Shown here: positions 60,496 through 64,000 of the stretch, piece by piece
How the letters are laid out: the number at the start of each line of letters is the position of its first letter
Numbering within the stretch: the first letter of the stretch is position 1
NCBI RefSeq assembly: GCF_023055435.1
Contig: NW_025963891.1
Coordinates: forward strand, 19,344,001 to 19,408,000
Source of the DNA: Haliotis rufescens
Taxonomy: Eukaryota
Length of the DNA: 64,000 nucleotides
Direction of reading: 5' to 3'
Made by a program: the position numbers and the translations under genes
The notes under the pieces: generated by a model
Told to the model about the DNA's origin: nothing
The model's database searches: none
Seen by the model: only the letters and a program-made list of their open reading frames with translations

Positions 60496-61379
60496 TATAA
60501 CATAGTCAAACTTAGAGTTCTACTCCTCAACCAGTGTTAGAGCAAGGCCTTATATTGTGTGTGGAGGAACTGGTCACTTCTGATCTGGCGATCCAGAAAA
60601 GCTCACGGATGATCTTTGGAGGACATGTCGGGAGATTTTGGCGGCCAGAACAAAACGTTGAGGTGTTTGTCGTGCAGAAAATTGGTCGTAAACTTTGCCG
60701 TGTGGTCTGACGTTGTCTTGTTGGAGCAGGGTGTCGATCAGGAAAACGACCAAATCTGGTATCGACGTTACTACAGATTACTCCAGGACGCAACCTCCAC
60801 AATATGGCTTGACCTCCTGGGCACAGCAACGTGAAACTTCGTTGGCGGTGTAATCTGATGCTTCTCCCATCAGTCCTGAAGGCGGAACCGATTCTCATCA
60901 GAAAAGAAAACTCTTTGGCAGCTCCGACACTTTGGCATCGACGTCTCTGACGTTGATGTTGGCATCTTAGGGATATCCCACGGAATATCTCCAATCCGAA
61001 TACCATGCAGTCTAAATCTGCAAGAAATTGTCCTTCTGCTGACTGTGCGAACAAGGGTGTTTGCAGCTAAAGCTTTTCCTGGGGTGCAAAACCCTCAGGT
61101 AGCAGTTCTCGTTGGCCCTGGTTACGGGTGGTCTGCCACCCCTGGGCTGGTACTGCCAGTTTCTTTTCAGTCAGGTGATTGTGATGCGCACGCAGCCTAA
61201 GGTTGTATCCACATTGCTCTTGGTACCTACCATATCTGAATGATGGCTCTTTCTCTTTGCTGAGGTGATAATCTTTTCATGATTGTGTTAAGGTAAATTC
61301 CGGTGGTAAATGTCGAGGTTACAGTGATTTTATACCCTAATGCCCATTGTAGGTGAATTATATATCGTTTAAAAACATT

Positions 61380-61640
61380 TATTACAACATTCATGGACTT
61401 GGTGAAGACATTATTCTTTTATGGTAGACATGTGGAGGACATTTCCAAATTTGACGCATCAGTGAGACAAATGATATCCGATACACTGCCTTATTTTCAC
61501 CTTTTCGTGAACACCTGTTTGAGAGTGATTCGTAAACACATTGTACAGTCGGACTCTGCTTTGCCTTCTTATGATTATGGGAAGTTTGTGGCAACCTGGT
61601 TTGACTGTATGTTACTGTTTCAGTAACTTTAGTGTTTGTT
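61380..61640 (-). pseudogene. Fragment homologous to the gene X middle region
   Basis: gtggaggacatttccaaatttgacgcatcagtga matches 63154-63190 and, more weakly, 25920-25950. Confidence 0.5.
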
Positions 61641-61899
61641 TGCTATGCACTTTATGCATTGTGGCATCACATCGACCGTTAAAAGTATGTAATTGACAAT
61701 TTGATATACTGTCTCTGTGAGCGTGCGTTTCTGATGTATTTATAAAAATAAATCCCAACCCTCTGCCCCTCCAAATTATCAAATGGTCGGTGATCACTAA
61801 ATAAGTTCACGTTGCGCAAATAAAGATCGTTCTTAACATGAACATGTATTTTTAGCTTCATATTTTAGTAATTAAATTGATATTTATAACGACTGTTTT

Positions 61900-63230
61900 C
61901 CTTGCCTGATAACATCAGCCAGCATTGCTACTATCTTCAACTTATTGTTACATTCCTCATGATTTTGAAACCAATGTATGTATACATGTATTTCATTTCC
62001 TCCAGATTATTGGGGTAAGAATATCCGTACACTAGTTACATTTAAATACATTCCAGCGATTAATGATTCGAGATGTCTACAATTATTCATTGATGTCCAG
62101 AGGGAGCTACTCTGACACTGAATAGTGCAAATATATATATTGATGTCCACCTAGTTAATCAGCTACTCTCGCTGGTCACTGCTATCTGACATGTTGTCCA
62201 GGAAAAGCTCCTCCAGAAATTGGTTGAAGCAAGCGAAGGTACACATGTGCCATGCTTTACGTTTGAACATCATGCACATAATATCAATCACGTTTGAAGT
62301 ACTTCGAGTGAACATCTCTGCAATGTTTTTTGGCAATATGAAGCTAACGTAAATAGAACTAGCTTCAATTAATTGTATTGACTGTATCAAACACAGGAGG
62401 CATCGAGACTATTCTGTGTTTAAGTGTTATCTTGACCATGACGGATTACCTTTTCGAGTGTATGTAAAACAAGATGTACGAGGCTCAAGCGTTTCCTTTG
62501 AAATTAACCTATCAACGTGTGGCTATTACGTTCTTGTCAAATAAGTGCCTCTATTAATGGATATAGGGTATAATTTGAAGTCAGACATTCCAGGAAACAT
62601 ATCCTCTATTCTGACATAAGGGAACCCATATATCCCTGATGCACTCAGAGCTAGAGGTAAATAACGAGACACTCTAATGAAGATCTTGAGCTTTGATGTC
62701 AAAGAACGACCTTTATACGAAAACTGAAATGACTTTATTCATACATTGAAGTCACTCCGAGACTGGTAACATATCGCCGCGAGGGTCCATGGTCCGGGAG
62801 GGAGGACTTCTATTACACGGCGCATTGCAGATTTAATTTGTATTGATGTTCGTGAGGAAATTCATTGGTTTCTATTAGGACATGTAAGAATCTTACATTT
62901 TGCCTGGAGCTAATTGCCATTTTTCACTTCGACATAACTGTCTGCTCCTCTCCGGTTCAGGGGAAGTAGCAGGCAGTAGGATAATAGACTTCCTGAAGGG
63001 GATGTAAAACATTACGCTCTGACAGTTATCTGAAAGTGTTTGAAACGACAAGTTTAACTTTGGGCTAAACTGATGTTGATACCCACATAGTGTTGTGAAC
63101 ATGACACAGCGAATCTATCCAAAGATAACCACATTTGCTGAATCGTCAAATCAGTGGAGGACAATCCCAAATTTGACGCATCAGTGACAAAAATGATGTC
63201 TGATGTGATTCCTTATTTTGGCTTGTTCTA
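61900..63230 (-). pseudogene. GPCR pseudogene X, copy 4 (heavily deleted)
   Basis: Collinear with 11700-14450 and 43865-45480; 'GGNEIHV', 'QLCRSEKWQLAPGKM'. Confidence 0.55.
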
Positions 63231-63489
63231 TATGTTTCCGTGTTTTTTTTATAGCCCAAATCACACTGAATAATTAATATATTCATTCTCTCATTGCTGT
63301 ATGAATTAAACGTTTTCATTCAGCACAGTGAATGTGAATATAGTTGAATTAGTTATGTCGTAATATTTTGTGAGATATTCACCAATTAGTTGTGTCACAT
63401 GTGAGATGCCCCACTTAACTGCCTATTGTTTTAGCAATCACGACGCTCGGGTGAATTCGCTTTGTTGAGTTTACTTGGGGGGCCTATTA

Positions 63490-64000
63490 CAAATACCAAG
63501 TTAAAAAAGTACTACTGCAAATATATATCATTTTAATGAGATGGCAACAATTTAAAATGTCAACAAAGATAGTCATCTTTTCGGAACTTGCTGTCCGCAT
63601 TGATATCTTATTATATCTGTTAATTTTAAATTGTGTTGATTTTTGTACTCTAACCTTATCCTTGGCTAGTTCTAGCGATTCTGGGAGGAACATATCTCGA
63701 GAAAAACATTATTTGCATCATCGTCTCTATCTATTCGAATCTTCTGCGCCTACTGAAGCTGGTTCTGTAGAATAAAATGAAAACATTCAGTAATCCATAC
63801 CATGAAAACATACTTACGGAAAAAAGTAACTGTGCTTCATATAAAGTTAAATAAAAATAACTGTATTCTGAAATTAGGTAATGCATCTTTCAATACATAT
63901 TCATAAAAGACATCTCCCCAACTTTAAGGTCGTGACTCAAAATTTAGATGTTTGCGTGTTTGTTGGGAGCATGACATTAACACTCGTGTTTGTTGAATGT
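63490..64000. repeat. Fourth copy of upstream block E
   Basis: Matches 18380-18750, 32760-33000 and 49635-50010. Confidence 0.9.

Overview
AT-rich eukaryotic genomic DNA, most likely a gastropod mollusc such as abalone (inferred from the SINE families; not proven). I find no intact protein-coding gene. The backbone is a tandem segmental duplication of a unit [gene X - upstream block E - Tc1 relic - spacer - gene Y], present about 3.3 times (about 11.3-23.6, 24.2-43.9, 43.9-54.8 and 61.9-64 kb). Read by hand across stops and frameshifts, X, Y and several further fragments (2.6-3.9 kb, 58.3-59.8 kb, 61.4-61.6 kb) look like decayed minus-strand, apparently intronless paralogues of a family-B/Methuselah-like GPCR with a large Cys-rich ectodomain: a cluster of about 11 pseudogene pieces that the ORF track does not show. 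Layered on this are a 7.3-kb DNA transposon with ~180-bp TIRs (CACAG terminus on the right TIR) and an unusual decayed DDE-type transposase, CR1/L2, Nimb/I, Gypsy, Tc1 and Penelope-like fragments (one with a canonical minimal hammerhead core), four SINE families with a shared 3' tail, MITEs, and a 2.9-kb 47-bp minisatellite that produces the long ORFs at 5.9-8.9 kb. Protein-family calls come from manual motif recognition, not database searches, and boundaries of decayed features are approximate.
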